A stretch of DNA of 64,000 bases from a virus (taxonomy: Duplodnaviria > Caudoviricetes). Of this stretch, positions 9,837 to 18,100 are shown piece by piece. Under the pieces are notes generated by a model. That model searched no databases, was not told the DNA's origin, and was given only the letters and a program-made list of their open reading frames with translations. Positions within the stretch are counted from its first letter, which is position 1. Each line of letters starts with the position of its first letter. The stretch lies in IMG/VR virus record IMGVR_UViG_2654588123_000001, positions 1 through 64,000 of that record; one strand, 5' to 3'. Position numbers and translations under genes: made by a program.

Positions 9837-9986
9837 TCAAGTCATTACCGGAGTATACTTCTCGCGCATCAGCCTGTCCGCCGCATCGTACTCCTCCTGG
9901 GTGATGACGCCTTCTTTCAGCGATTTCCTGACTATGGCCATGGTGACGCTGTACATCATCTGGCTGTGAAAGGTCTCACGTTCCAT
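9837..9986 (-). CDS. SHOCT-like small protein preceding the recombinases
   Basis: MERETFHSQMMY...LKEGVITQEEYDAADRLMREKY with the SHOCT GxITxEEY motif; RBS AGGAGG. Confidence 0.75.
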   Translation of the reverse strand: MERETFHSQMMYSVTMAIVRKSLKEGVITQEEYDAADRLMREKYTPVMT

Positions 9987-10011
9987 ATGTCCGTCCTCCT
10001 TCAGAAAAATA

Positions 10012-10051
10012 CCCCTCACTTAATAGCCGGGAAACAGGCCAAAAGTTAAGG
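10012..10051 (-). promoter_or_regulatory. Copy A of a repeated putative phage-sigma promoter
   Basis: CCTTAACTTTT-GGCCTGTTTCCC-GGCTATTAAGTGAGGGG; same spacing as copies at 51998-52035 and 56200-56238. Confidence 0.55.
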
Positions 10052-10144
10052 TTATGTCGGAAATAATTCCGTTCTGTATTCCTATGCCCACATACAGCCA
10101 GTTTTTTTAGTGCCAGCCCATATTTTTTTGAGGAGTCCCAAAAT

Positions 10145-10174
10145 AAAAAAATCCCGCAGGCATTCCCGCGGGAT
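10145..10174 (-). terminator. Terminator of the late/lysis operon
   Basis: ATCCCGC...GCGGGAT stem followed by a T-tract on the minus strand. Confidence 0.7.
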
Positions 10175-10189
10175 GTGTAGTACAGAATA

Positions 10190-10621
10190 TTATGTTTTCC
10201 TTACCGCAAAATATACAGCGGCAGCAGCTATCACATATGCAATATTGCGCTGCCACCTACTGTGCCGGAGCCTTGACCGTTCCTCGGCTTCGTACTGCTG
10301 CAATAATCTGTTGGCATTCTGCAATGACTGCTCCTGCCCTTCCAGCGTCAGCTTCAATGCGCCCAGCTGCGCCTTGAGCATCTGTGACTGCTTTCCGGCT
10401 TCCGTCAATTGCGTCAGCGACGCCTCCAGTTGTTTTCTCAATGTCGCGGACTCTGTCCTCTGCCTGTCGTTGATATTCCTCAACTCGGTCAAGTTCCTGT
10501 CTAACCTCTCCAGCTCCGTTTCCGTGATCTGGTACAGTTGCTCTGCCGAACATAAAGCCGGAATAAAAGATAAGCAGGCAACCAATAATGTGCAACACAA
10601 TACCCTTACAATCCTGAACAT
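10190..10621 (-). CDS. Putative spanin-like lysis protein (signal peptide, coiled coil, C-terminal TM)
   Basis: Follows the endolysin; N-terminal hydrophobic signal with possible lipobox LVAC; heptad coiled coil; C-terminal TM (IAYVIAAAAVYFAV) followed by RK. Confidence 0.55.
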   Translation of the reverse strand: MFRIVRVLCCTLLVACLSFIPALCSAEQLYQITETELERLDRNLTELRNINDRQRTESATLRKQLEASLTQLTEAGKQSQMLKAQLGALKLTLEGQEQSLQNANRLLQQYEAEERSRLRHSRWQRNIAYVIAAAAVYFAVRKT

Positions 10622-10625
10622 TCAT
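10257..10625 (-). CDS. Putative i-spanin-like protein (N-terminal TM, coiled coil), overlapping the previous gene in another frame
   Basis: MNVQDCKGIVLHIIGCLLIFYSGFMFG TM followed by an Ala/Glu/Arg-rich helical region. Its ATG is 4 nt upstream of the other ORF's ATG (ATGAATG). Confidence 0.5.
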   Translation of the reverse strand: MNVQDCKGIVLHIIGCLLIFYSGFMFGRATVPDHGNGAGEVRQELDRVEEYQRQAEDRVRDIEKTTGGVADAIDGSRKAVTDAQGAAGRIEADAGRAGAVIAECQQIIAAVRSRGTVKAPAQ

Positions 10626-10639
10626 TTCACCGCCCTCCC

Positions 10640-11230
10640 TCACTCAAGCAACCAATTGCCGTCGAACCACCGGTTTCCGACCTTCAGCCTGTCGGTGAAC
10701 TGCCACATCTTGGCACCGGGCCAGTCACAGGAATGCGCCCATTGCGCGCACCAGATGGGAGCGTACTCCGGCAGCAGGTTCGTGTAGATGCGGTTCTCCA
10801 ACCAGTCCAGACTTGCGTAGAGACCGCTGTTATATCCGTGGCGGTTGCATTCGGTGATGAACTCGTTGCACATGGCGGTGATGGTCTGTGCCGATGGCAT
10901 TCCATTGCGCTCCTTGTATCCGTCACCGTCTTCCATATCAAACCACACGCCCATCTCCAGCCGGCCCGGTGTCAGGCCGCTGGATTCCAGGATATGCATC
11001 ATGTAAGATGCCTCCTCCCAGGCGCCCACCCTGTTCAGCGCATAACTGTAATAGTAGACGCCAATCTTCAGCCCCGCCTCCAGCGCCTCATTGACATTCT
11101 TGTAGAACAGGGTATCCAGATGCCCGCGCCCGTAACCAAGCCGGATGATGGCAAACTCTATCCCGTTCTCCTTCACGGCCTTCCAGTCGATCCAGCCGTT
11201 GTTTTCCGATACATCAATTCCTTTTATCAT
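10640..11230 (-). CDS. Endolysin, glycoside hydrolase family 25 (lysozyme)
   Basis: MIKGIDVSENNGWIDW, FAIIRLGYG, GVYYYSYA, VWFDMED, WCAQW...MWQFT GH25 motifs. Confidence 0.93.
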   Translation of the reverse strand: MIKGIDVSENNGWIDWKAVKENGIEFAIIRLGYGRGHLDTLFYKNVNEALEAGLKIGVYYYSYALNRVGAWEEASYMMHILESSGLTPGRLEMGVWFDMEDGDGYKERNGMPSAQTITAMCNEFITECNRHGYNSGLYASLDWLENRIYTNLLPEYAPIWCAQWAHSCDWPGAKMWQFTDRLKVGNRWFDGNWLLE

Positions 11231-11730
11231 TATTTTCCCCTCCGTTGTAATAACTCATACAGCCGGGCCATGCTCTTCACCCCGGCATCTCCCAGGTTCT
11301 CGATGATGGACAGCGCCTCGTTCATAGCAAGGTAGCCGCAAACAATCTGGACGATCTGGGACGAACCCCCAGCGGCCATGCTCATCAGATCAAAGATGGC
11401 AGCCATCAGGAAGCAGATACAGTAAACGAACAGCTTGCTGACACCGCGTGTGCGCATCTCCGTGCTGTTTATCTTCCGTGCCTTCCGGGCGCTGTTGATG
11501 CCCTTCACGGCATCAAAAAAAGCAGGGGCCTCATTCCCCTGCTCCACCAGGTATGCGTAACTGATCGCTATCCATTTTGTCAGAATGTCCAGGTACAGCA
11601 GTACCCCGAACCCGATCATAAGGATGGAATATTTGTGCGTCACCAGACCCAGCACCGCTCCGGCAATCACCTTGATGTTTAGCATATCCCCCATCTTATC
11701 CAACACAGCGTGGACGATTTCCTTATCCAT
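11230..11730 (-). CDS. Phage holin (toxin secretion/phage lysis holin family)
   Basis: Several TM segments, LDILTKWIA, and the EALSIIENLGDAG signature; directly upstream of the endolysin. Confidence 0.85.
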   Translation of the reverse strand: MDKEIVHAVLDKMGDMLNIKVIAGAVLGLVTHKYSILMIGFGVLLYLDILTKWIAISYAYLVEQGNEAPAFFDAVKGINSARKARKINSTEMRTRGVSKLFVYCICFLMAAIFDLMSMAAGGSSQIVQIVCGYLAMNEALSIIENLGDAGVKSMARLYELLQRRGK

Positions 11731-11731
11731 A

Positions 11732-12856
11732 CTATCCTTCTCCTTTCCGGGCTTCTGCCCTTAAATCCCTGTATTCCGGTATCTCGCACTCCGTCAGTTT
11801 CTTCCGGTTCCGTAAGACGGATCCGTAAATCCGGCGGAGAACTTCACAATGCACATATTCCGTCCCATCTTCCGTAAACAGCCCTATCGGGCAGCGGTTC
11901 CTGCAGATGGATACCACAGGACAGCTGAAGCATTTCCGTGGTATCAGATCTTCCCACACCATTCGGTGCTTCTCCAACATCTCCTCGCAGGAATCATCAA
12001 TAGAGGAAATGACCCTGCTGTCGTTATGGCACCGGACGATGCTCCCGTCGAATTTGAATGACAGTGATATAACCCCGGGCGCACAGGGCGGAAACGGGGA
12101 TGTTGTAAAATGTTCCCGCCTGAACAGGTCATCGCTGATAAACTTTTCCACGAAAAAGTTGTACCGGTTCCCATACGGGTCGTTTCCTGCGATGATGTCG
12201 TCCGCCAGGGCATCAATCGCCCGTTCTATCTGCCCTTCCCGGAAGGTATAGATGTCTTTTGGGATATCGGACAGCACATTGATAAGCCCCATATCCACGA
12301 TGGTCTCCGGAAACAGTTCTTCGAGCATGGCAAACGCCCTGACCGGATCATCGTTCAGGGCGTTGAACACAAAATTCACGGAACGCTTCTTGCATTCCAA
12401 CAAGGCCTCAATGTTTTCTTTTGATGGGACTGCGTTCCGTACCGCCACCGGATTTGGCGCATCGTAGGACATCGTGAACAGTACCCTGTGCCTGTTGCAG
12501 AAATCTGCAATCTCCTTTGTCAGAAGCAGCCCGTTCGAAAAGATTCGGTACTGGCGTGGAAATATACCACGGGACTCAAACATCAATATGTATCGCTTAA
12601 TCGTCTCCCAATACAAGAGCGGCTCCCCGCCCCAGAAGTAAATCCGGGAAAAGAAGCCGTTTTTCACAGACAGCCATTTCTTCAGGAACAGTATCACCTT
12701 CTCCGGCAGTTCGGAATCCGGCTGCTGGCAGAACGTGTTTTTTATGGGCGTCTGGGAACAGTGCCGGCATGTCATATTGCAGGCAGGGCCTAACAACAAA
12801 AAGACCGCAGACAAACCGTGCAGATATTCTGTTTCCCCAGTCCAAGGTTTATTCAC
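11732..12856 (-). CDS. Radical SAM/SPASM domain enzyme
   Basis: CNMTCRHC (CX3CX2C), FWGGEPLL, and the full 7-Cys SPASM motif C-x12-G-x4-C...CFSCPVVSICRNRC...HC. Likely start is GTG 12856, overlapping the upstream stop (GTGAATAA). Confidence 0.93.
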   Translation of the reverse strand: MNKPWTGETEYLHGLSAVFLLLGPACNMTCRHCSQTPIKNTFCQQPDSELPEKVILFLKKWLSVKNGFFSRIYFWGGEPLLYWETIKRYILMFESRGIFPRQYRIFSNGLLLTKEIADFCNRHRVLFTMSYDAPNPVAVRNAVPSKENIEALLECKKRSVNFVFNALNDDPVRAFAMLEELFPETIVDMGLINVLSDIPKDIYTFREGQIERAIDALADDIIAGNDPYGNRYNFFVEKFISDDLFRREHFTTSPFPPCAPGVISLSFKFDGSIVRCHNDSRVISSIDDSCEEMLEKHRMVWEDLIPRKCFSCPVVSICRNRCPIGLFTEDGTEYVHCEVLRRIYGSVLRNRKKLTECEIPEYRDLRAEARKGEG

Positions 12857-14174
12857 CGCCACTGCCTTCACCTCCGGAACCTTCACCGCTTGAGCCTTCA
12901 TACTCATCATAATACCCGACAATCTTGAATGTGGTATTGGCCGTCAATGCGCCTGAAGTCCAAGACTCTTTACTATGGATAGCCGTTTTATATGTGCTTC
13001 CCTGCGTGATTTTCAAATAGTATCTGTAACTGTTCTTGGTATCCGTAATCTTTATTGTGGTGTTGTACTTGATGGTCACGGAAGACGGCTTGGTCGCTGT
13101 TGCAGAAGAACCGGATGTGTTGGTATATGTAATGGTCGCTGTCGGTGTCCACCCGTCAGCCGTCCATGTGAACGTAATCTTCGGTGTGATAGCCGTAGCC
13201 GCCGTTGCGCTGACAGTCGTGGCTGCAGTCACCGTTCCGCTGGAGCCGGACAATGTACCCTTTGTATATCCCGTCGCAGCCGCCAGGCTTGCTGTCCAGG
13301 TCGTGCCGTATCCGACAGTAAAACTCTGTGCCGAAGAGGTAGACGTCTTCGTAACTTCCGAAGCAAACGTGCCGTCGGACTTTTTGTTTTTGTACTTCAG
13401 CGTTATGGTCTGATGGGAAGTGGCATTCAGTTTCAGCGTAAACGTCTTGTATGTGGCAGAACCTGCAGATACCGTTGTAGCCGCTGTCACGGTACCGGAA
13501 GACCCGGGGGTTAACGCGCCTGCCGTCCACCCCGTCGCGCCGGCTATCGTAGCCGTCCATGTGGTCCCATGCCGGACTGTAAAGGACTGTGCGGAAGATG
13601 TGGAAGTCTTTGTGACCTCTGCCTCAAATCCGGTGTTGGCGGCGTTCCGGTTCTTGTATTTCAGCGTGATGGTCTGGTGGGTTGTCGCATTCAGTTTCAG
13701 CGTGTAGGTCTTCAGGCTTGCTGCACCTGCGGTAACTGTCACGTTTGCATTAGTCAGCGTACCACTGCTGCTGGGTGTCAATGAACCGGCGTTATACCCG
13801 GTAGCCCCAGCCACCGTTGCCGTCCAGGTAGTACCGTAAGGAAAATACTTGTTGCCGCTCGTCCAGGACGCCCCACCCGCCGTGACCGTGATTGTCTCGT
13901 TGGAAACAGCAGTAATGCCAAGCCGGATGAGGGATTTTGTCGCCAGCACATATTCCGTTCCGCCTTTTTCTATATGAACCGGGGTCCCGTAATCGTCATA
14001 AAACACTTGGGAATAGGTTGTCGGATATAAAGCAGCATACAGGTTCGTTCCATCTACGGTCACCGGCAGATATGCAGAATTGTATACTTTCGCTTCCGCC
14101 GTGGTCGTATACAAATCACAGGTGTATGTGGTGCTTCCCTTTGTGACTTTCAGGGTGTGTGATGATTTGCTCAT
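12849..14174 (-). CDS. Thr/Ala-rich repeat tail-fibre/receptor-binding-like protein with an acidic Gly/Ser tail
   Basis: About 2.5 copies of an ~87-aa beta-rich repeat (GTTWTAT.AGATG..AG.L..SSGT.T.ATTV.A...T.KT.TLKLNAT.HQTITLKYKN); C-terminus GYYDEYEGSSGEGSGGEGSGGE; lies in the tail-fibre position. Confidence 0.7.
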   Translation of the reverse strand: MSKSSHTLKVTKGSTTYTCDLYTTTAEAKVYNSAYLPVTVDGTNLYAALYPTTYSQVFYDDYGTPVHIEKGGTEYVLATKSLIRLGITAVSNETITVTAGGASWTSGNKYFPYGTTWTATVAGATGYNAGSLTPSSSGTLTNANVTVTAGAASLKTYTLKLNATTHQTITLKYKNRNAANTGFEAEVTKTSTSSAQSFTVRHGTTWTATIAGATGWTAGALTPGSSGTVTAATTVSAGSATYKTFTLKLNATSHQTITLKYKNKKSDGTFASEVTKTSTSSAQSFTVGYGTTWTASLAAATGYTKGTLSGSSGTVTAATTVSATAATAITPKITFTWTADGWTPTATITYTNTSGSSATATKPSSVTIKYNTTIKITDTKNSYRYYLKITQGSTYKTAIHSKESWTSGALTANTTFKIVGYYDEYEGSSGEGSGGEGSGGE

Positions 14175-14185
14175 AATCCATCACC

Positions 14186-15109
14186 TCAGACAATCCATAT
14201 CTTGCTCCCGTCGGGGAACTGAATTTTGCCGTCCGTTGTAAAAACAAAACTTTTACGGTTCGCAATCGTTCCGGCGTTTGTATGAATGTAGACCGTGCTG
14301 TCTGCCGTCAAGTGCAGATTTTCCGTATCGCCATTTAAGGTAATTGCTGACACCAGGCTCTTCGGGGATTCACCGGCGCCTATCACAACCGCACCACTGC
14401 TCTGGATGCCGAATCCGGTCCCATTGTTCGTGGTGGAGCTTGAAGGGAACACAAAAAACGGGTTCGTCGTATGCACCGTTGCGTCTGCATCCGTTGCCTT
14501 TAACTGATACCGGAACGGAAGATTGATGCCGGTTCCCTGTGTACTCGCTGTCCCGCTCACATTTAATGTGAAGTTGGATGCCGTCGTTACCGCACCGCTG
14601 AATGTACCGCCGGCCAGGGGCATATAGGTGCTCCCGGTCACTGCGATGGTAACCTTGTCGTTGGTTGCATCCGGTGTCAGCGTAATCGCATTGCCGGCTG
14701 CAAACGTAAGCGTGTCCTGTTTCGCATCTGCCTGAATGGTCGTACTCCCCACCGTGACATTAGCAAAGGTGTTCTGGTTCACCTCCGCCCCTGTCGCAAT
14801 ACCATTCAGCTTCGTCTTATCCGTGTTGCTCATGAATCCGTTGCTGCTGGTGGTCGCGGCATCATGTACATGCCCGTCGATGGAAAAATATGTGGAGTCA
14901 TGCCCATCCAGCTTATCTGCGTTCAGGTTAACGCACTTTGTCCCATTGGATTTCGGTATGTTGCCGCTGGCATTTCCCGGTGACAGACCGCACAGCTTCA
15001 GGGCATTCACGATTTGGTCCTCGATGACCGCGCGTAGCTGTTCCCGCTGTTTCGCAGGAAACTCCGACAAATACTCGTCATCTGCCGGAAATGTGGAATC
15101 GTATGCCAT
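14186..15109 (-). CDS. Tail fibre protein
   Basis: LNADKLDGHDSTYF...GHVH and ATTSSNGFMSNTDKTKLNGIATGAEVNQN tail-fibre motifs; YMPLAGGTFSG; follows the tail-tip gene. Confidence 0.8.
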   Translation of the reverse strand: MAYDSTFPADDEYLSEFPAKQREQLRAVIEDQIVNALKLCGLSPGNASGNIPKSNGTKCVNLNADKLDGHDSTYFSIDGHVHDAATTSSNGFMSNTDKTKLNGIATGAEVNQNTFANVTVGSTTIQADAKQDTLTFAAGNAITLTPDATNDKVTIAVTGSTYMPLAGGTFSGAVTTASNFTLNVSGTASTQGTGINLPFRYQLKATDADATVHTTNPFFVFPSSSTTNNGTGFGIQSSGAVVIGAGESPKSLVSAITLNGDTENLHLTADSTVYIHTNAGTIANRKSFVFTTDGKIQFPDGSKIWIV

Positions 15110-15125
15110 TGTTATCCCTCCAAAT

Positions 15126-15152
15126 AAAAAAGGGACGCCATAAAACGCCCCT
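15126..15152 (-). terminator. Terminator-like hairpin between the tail-tip and tail-fibre genes
   Basis: GGGGCGTTTTATGGCGTCCC followed by TTTTTT on the minus strand. Confidence 0.5.
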
Positions 15153-18100
15153 TAATACCCCTTTATTTTTATGTCTACCGTTCCCGCCACTGCGGTATTG
15201 CTTGTGTTGAACACCTTGATAACGCACTCGGTCTTCGTCCTGCTTATCACCCTGGCGTGAACCGTTTCACCGATGGCATTGGCCGTCACATTTGGGACGG
15301 CATAGAAAGTATGCCCGTACGGAACGGTAGTGCCAGCCGCCGCTATCGAAGCAGTGATGGCGATATCCGTGTCCGGCACATCGATGCTGATGAGCAGGTG
15401 GTTGACCTCCGGTGTCTTATTGGTATTTTTCGTAGCCAGTTTCACCCGGAACTGAACGTACCTAAAACGCCGCTGCACCGGTTTGAACTCCGTCCAGTCC
15501 ATCCAAATGCTGTTGTCAAGGGATGTACGGAACTCCAAAACCGCAGACACATCCCCCGCATACATAACAGTCGAAACAAAGTACACGGAAATCTTCGCGG
15601 TAATGATGCTTCCGACATTGATCTTTGCCAGCGTGTAGGTGCCGCTTGCCGGATACTTCCCGGTCGAAGTGTTCAGTTTCAGTTTCAGTACCTGTGACCC
15701 GCCCAGGTCGGCAAACTTGGTCGTGGTATAGTCACTGAACCGGCCTCCCACAGTCTGGAAGTTGATACTTGATTCGCCGAACTCCGTGTTGCTGTGCGTA
15801 CCGCTCTGCCGGGCAAGTTCGTCAAAGGTCTGAATGACGTTCTTCGGCGGCAGGTTCTCCACGTTGACCCGCGAGGTCCGTGCGGCAGAACTTTTGAAAC
15901 CGGCCTTGTTGATGGCCACGATATGGTACTGATAAAGCCTTTCAATATCCACCGGGACGGTAAAGAAGTTGTTCGTCACCCCGGTCGCCACCAAGGCGCC
16001 GGTATCAAAACTGGAACCTTCCCGTATCTCGTACCCGGTCACATCGATGTCCGTGCTGACCGTCCAGTACAGTTCAACCATCTCGCCGTCCTGGTACGCC
16101 ACAAAATTCGTGCAGTTCGTGGGTTCCACCGTACACCGCAGGCTGGCCGACGTCTCATCCGAATAGAACCCCGCGCTGTTCAGCGTCCGGATCATGACAT
16201 GGACGCTCTCCGTCTCTGTCAGGGTGTAGGTCGCATACAGTTCGTTGGTCAGCGGGATCTCCTCGGCGCTGTCCCAGTTATCCCCGACCTTCACCTGGTA
16301 ACCCACAAGGTCACCGTCCGGGACGGCGTTCCATTGAATGTTCAGCTGGCTTCTATCCTTCGGGTTCTGCCGCAGCTGGATGACAGATACGGGCGTGGGC
16401 TCAAGGCCGAAGATGGCAGACACCTCCGCCGGGTACTGTGACTCGTTGCCCGCAATCGTCACCGCCTTAATCATCCACGAATACTGATGTTCCTCTTCAA
16501 TCATCACTTCAAAAGTCGTACCGCTGACGCGCGGGGCGACCATACTCGCCGTGTTCCAGCTTGTGCCCTGCTTGATGATATAATAAGCAACATCGGTCTG
16601 GTTCACCGCATCCCAGGACAGCAGTACCGTGGTCTTGTTCACCGTGCTTTGCGCCGCCCGGAAATTGGTAACGTCCATCGGTTCTATCGTGATGGTAATG
16701 CTCGTGTTGGTTACGGCGGATTCAAACCCCGCCACCGTGACAGCCTTGACCATGACATTGTATGTACCGGAGGCCGGCACCTGCCACTCAAAACGATTAT
16801 CCTTGATATCCACTATCTCCGTCCCATTCGCCCAGGTATTGCCATACCGTATCGAATAGTGGTCGATATCCTTGCCGGGGGAACGGGTGAACTTGATGAC
16901 AGCCTTGCTCCGGTCCTTGGTACTCTGGGTTACCGTCAGATCCGTCACGGCATCCGGTATCAGGTTCACTACCTTGGTCAGTCCCGTTGGGGCCTGTGAA
17001 TAGACGTCAGCATTATTGATGGCGGAAATCCAGAATTTATAGGTTCCGCTCGATGCTACCTGGTAGGTGGTCTTCCGGGTCTTGGTCCTTGCGAACTGTG
17101 TGCCTGCCGCCCACGAGTTTCCCGCCCGCAGTTCATACTGGGAAAGGTCACTGTCCGTTACGGCATCCCAGGTGAATTCCAGTACGCTCCGGTCCGTGGT
17201 CTGCTGTGTGACCGCAAAGCCTGTCACGTTCGACGGATACGGATAGATGGGAATCTGGCAGCTTGCCCCAGCTGACTGGTTGCCTGCATTGTCTACGGCA
17301 AACACCGTCACCGTGGGATTTGCTGTATTGGATACAATCGTGATGATATTGCTTGCCGTGGTATAGGTCTTGCCACCGGCAACAGAAACTTTATAGTTGC
17401 GGAAGTCGATGTCCGTATTCTCGTTCCAGGTCACCTCCGCCTTGGTACGGTCTGCCGGGTCAACCTTGTATGACAATCCCGTCACGGCCTTTGGCGGGAC
17501 GTCCTGTCCGCAGGAAATAAGGCCGGTGGTAACACCCGTGCTTTGGGATACCCCAAGAATCGTGACCACCTTGACATAGTAATCTGTCTTTGCCTTTACA
17601 TTGAATTCGGCAAACGTGTTGGATGTCTCCGTAGCGTTGGTCCATTTTTTCTTGTCCGTAGAAATAAGTACCGTGTACCTGCCTCCGCCGCTGGCGCGTT
17701 TCCAGGAAACGCTCATCATGCCGTGCCGGACGCGGTTCTCGTCGGTATACTGGAACTGCTTTGCTGACAGCCCGGTAACATTTTTCGCATTCCCCACAGC
17801 CTTTGTTGCATACTGGATGGGCGGTATCTCGTAGTTCTCCTCGAACAGGGCCTCCGCATACTCGATGCAGGTGATCCTCCGCGTGAAGTCCTGCGCACGG
17901 GTAATCGATTTCACAACGAACGGCTTTGAACCGATGTTGGCAATAGCCAAATCGAAAACATCCCCTGCCTGGGGCGGGTCGCTCTCTGAATAGTCCGATT
18001 CCAGACCGATGGTAGTCCACCCATTTGAACTCGTCTCGATGATGGTACACGGAATCGTGTACAGGTTGTCCTTTACCGTCCTGAACTGGATGCGGTAGCT

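Noticed and set aside
1-12856. Nif11 precursor as the substrate of the prophage rSAM/SPASM enzyme
   Set aside because: The genes are 11.5 kb apart, separated by host genes and the recombinases. The enzyme is in the phage late operon and lacks an evident RRE. This is not excluded in trans, but it is unsupported.
12857-12922. N-terminal extension of the rSAM ORF (MSGIMMSMKAQ...)
   Set aside because: It overlaps the upstream gene by 74 nt and is just the alternate-frame reading of the GEGSG repeat. GTG at 12856 with a GTGAATAA overlap is more plausible.
12849-15109. DGR or shufflon acting on the tail fibres
   Set aside because: No reverse transcriptase, no adenine-specific TR/VR pair and no inverted crossover sites were seen; the repeats are simple tandem units.
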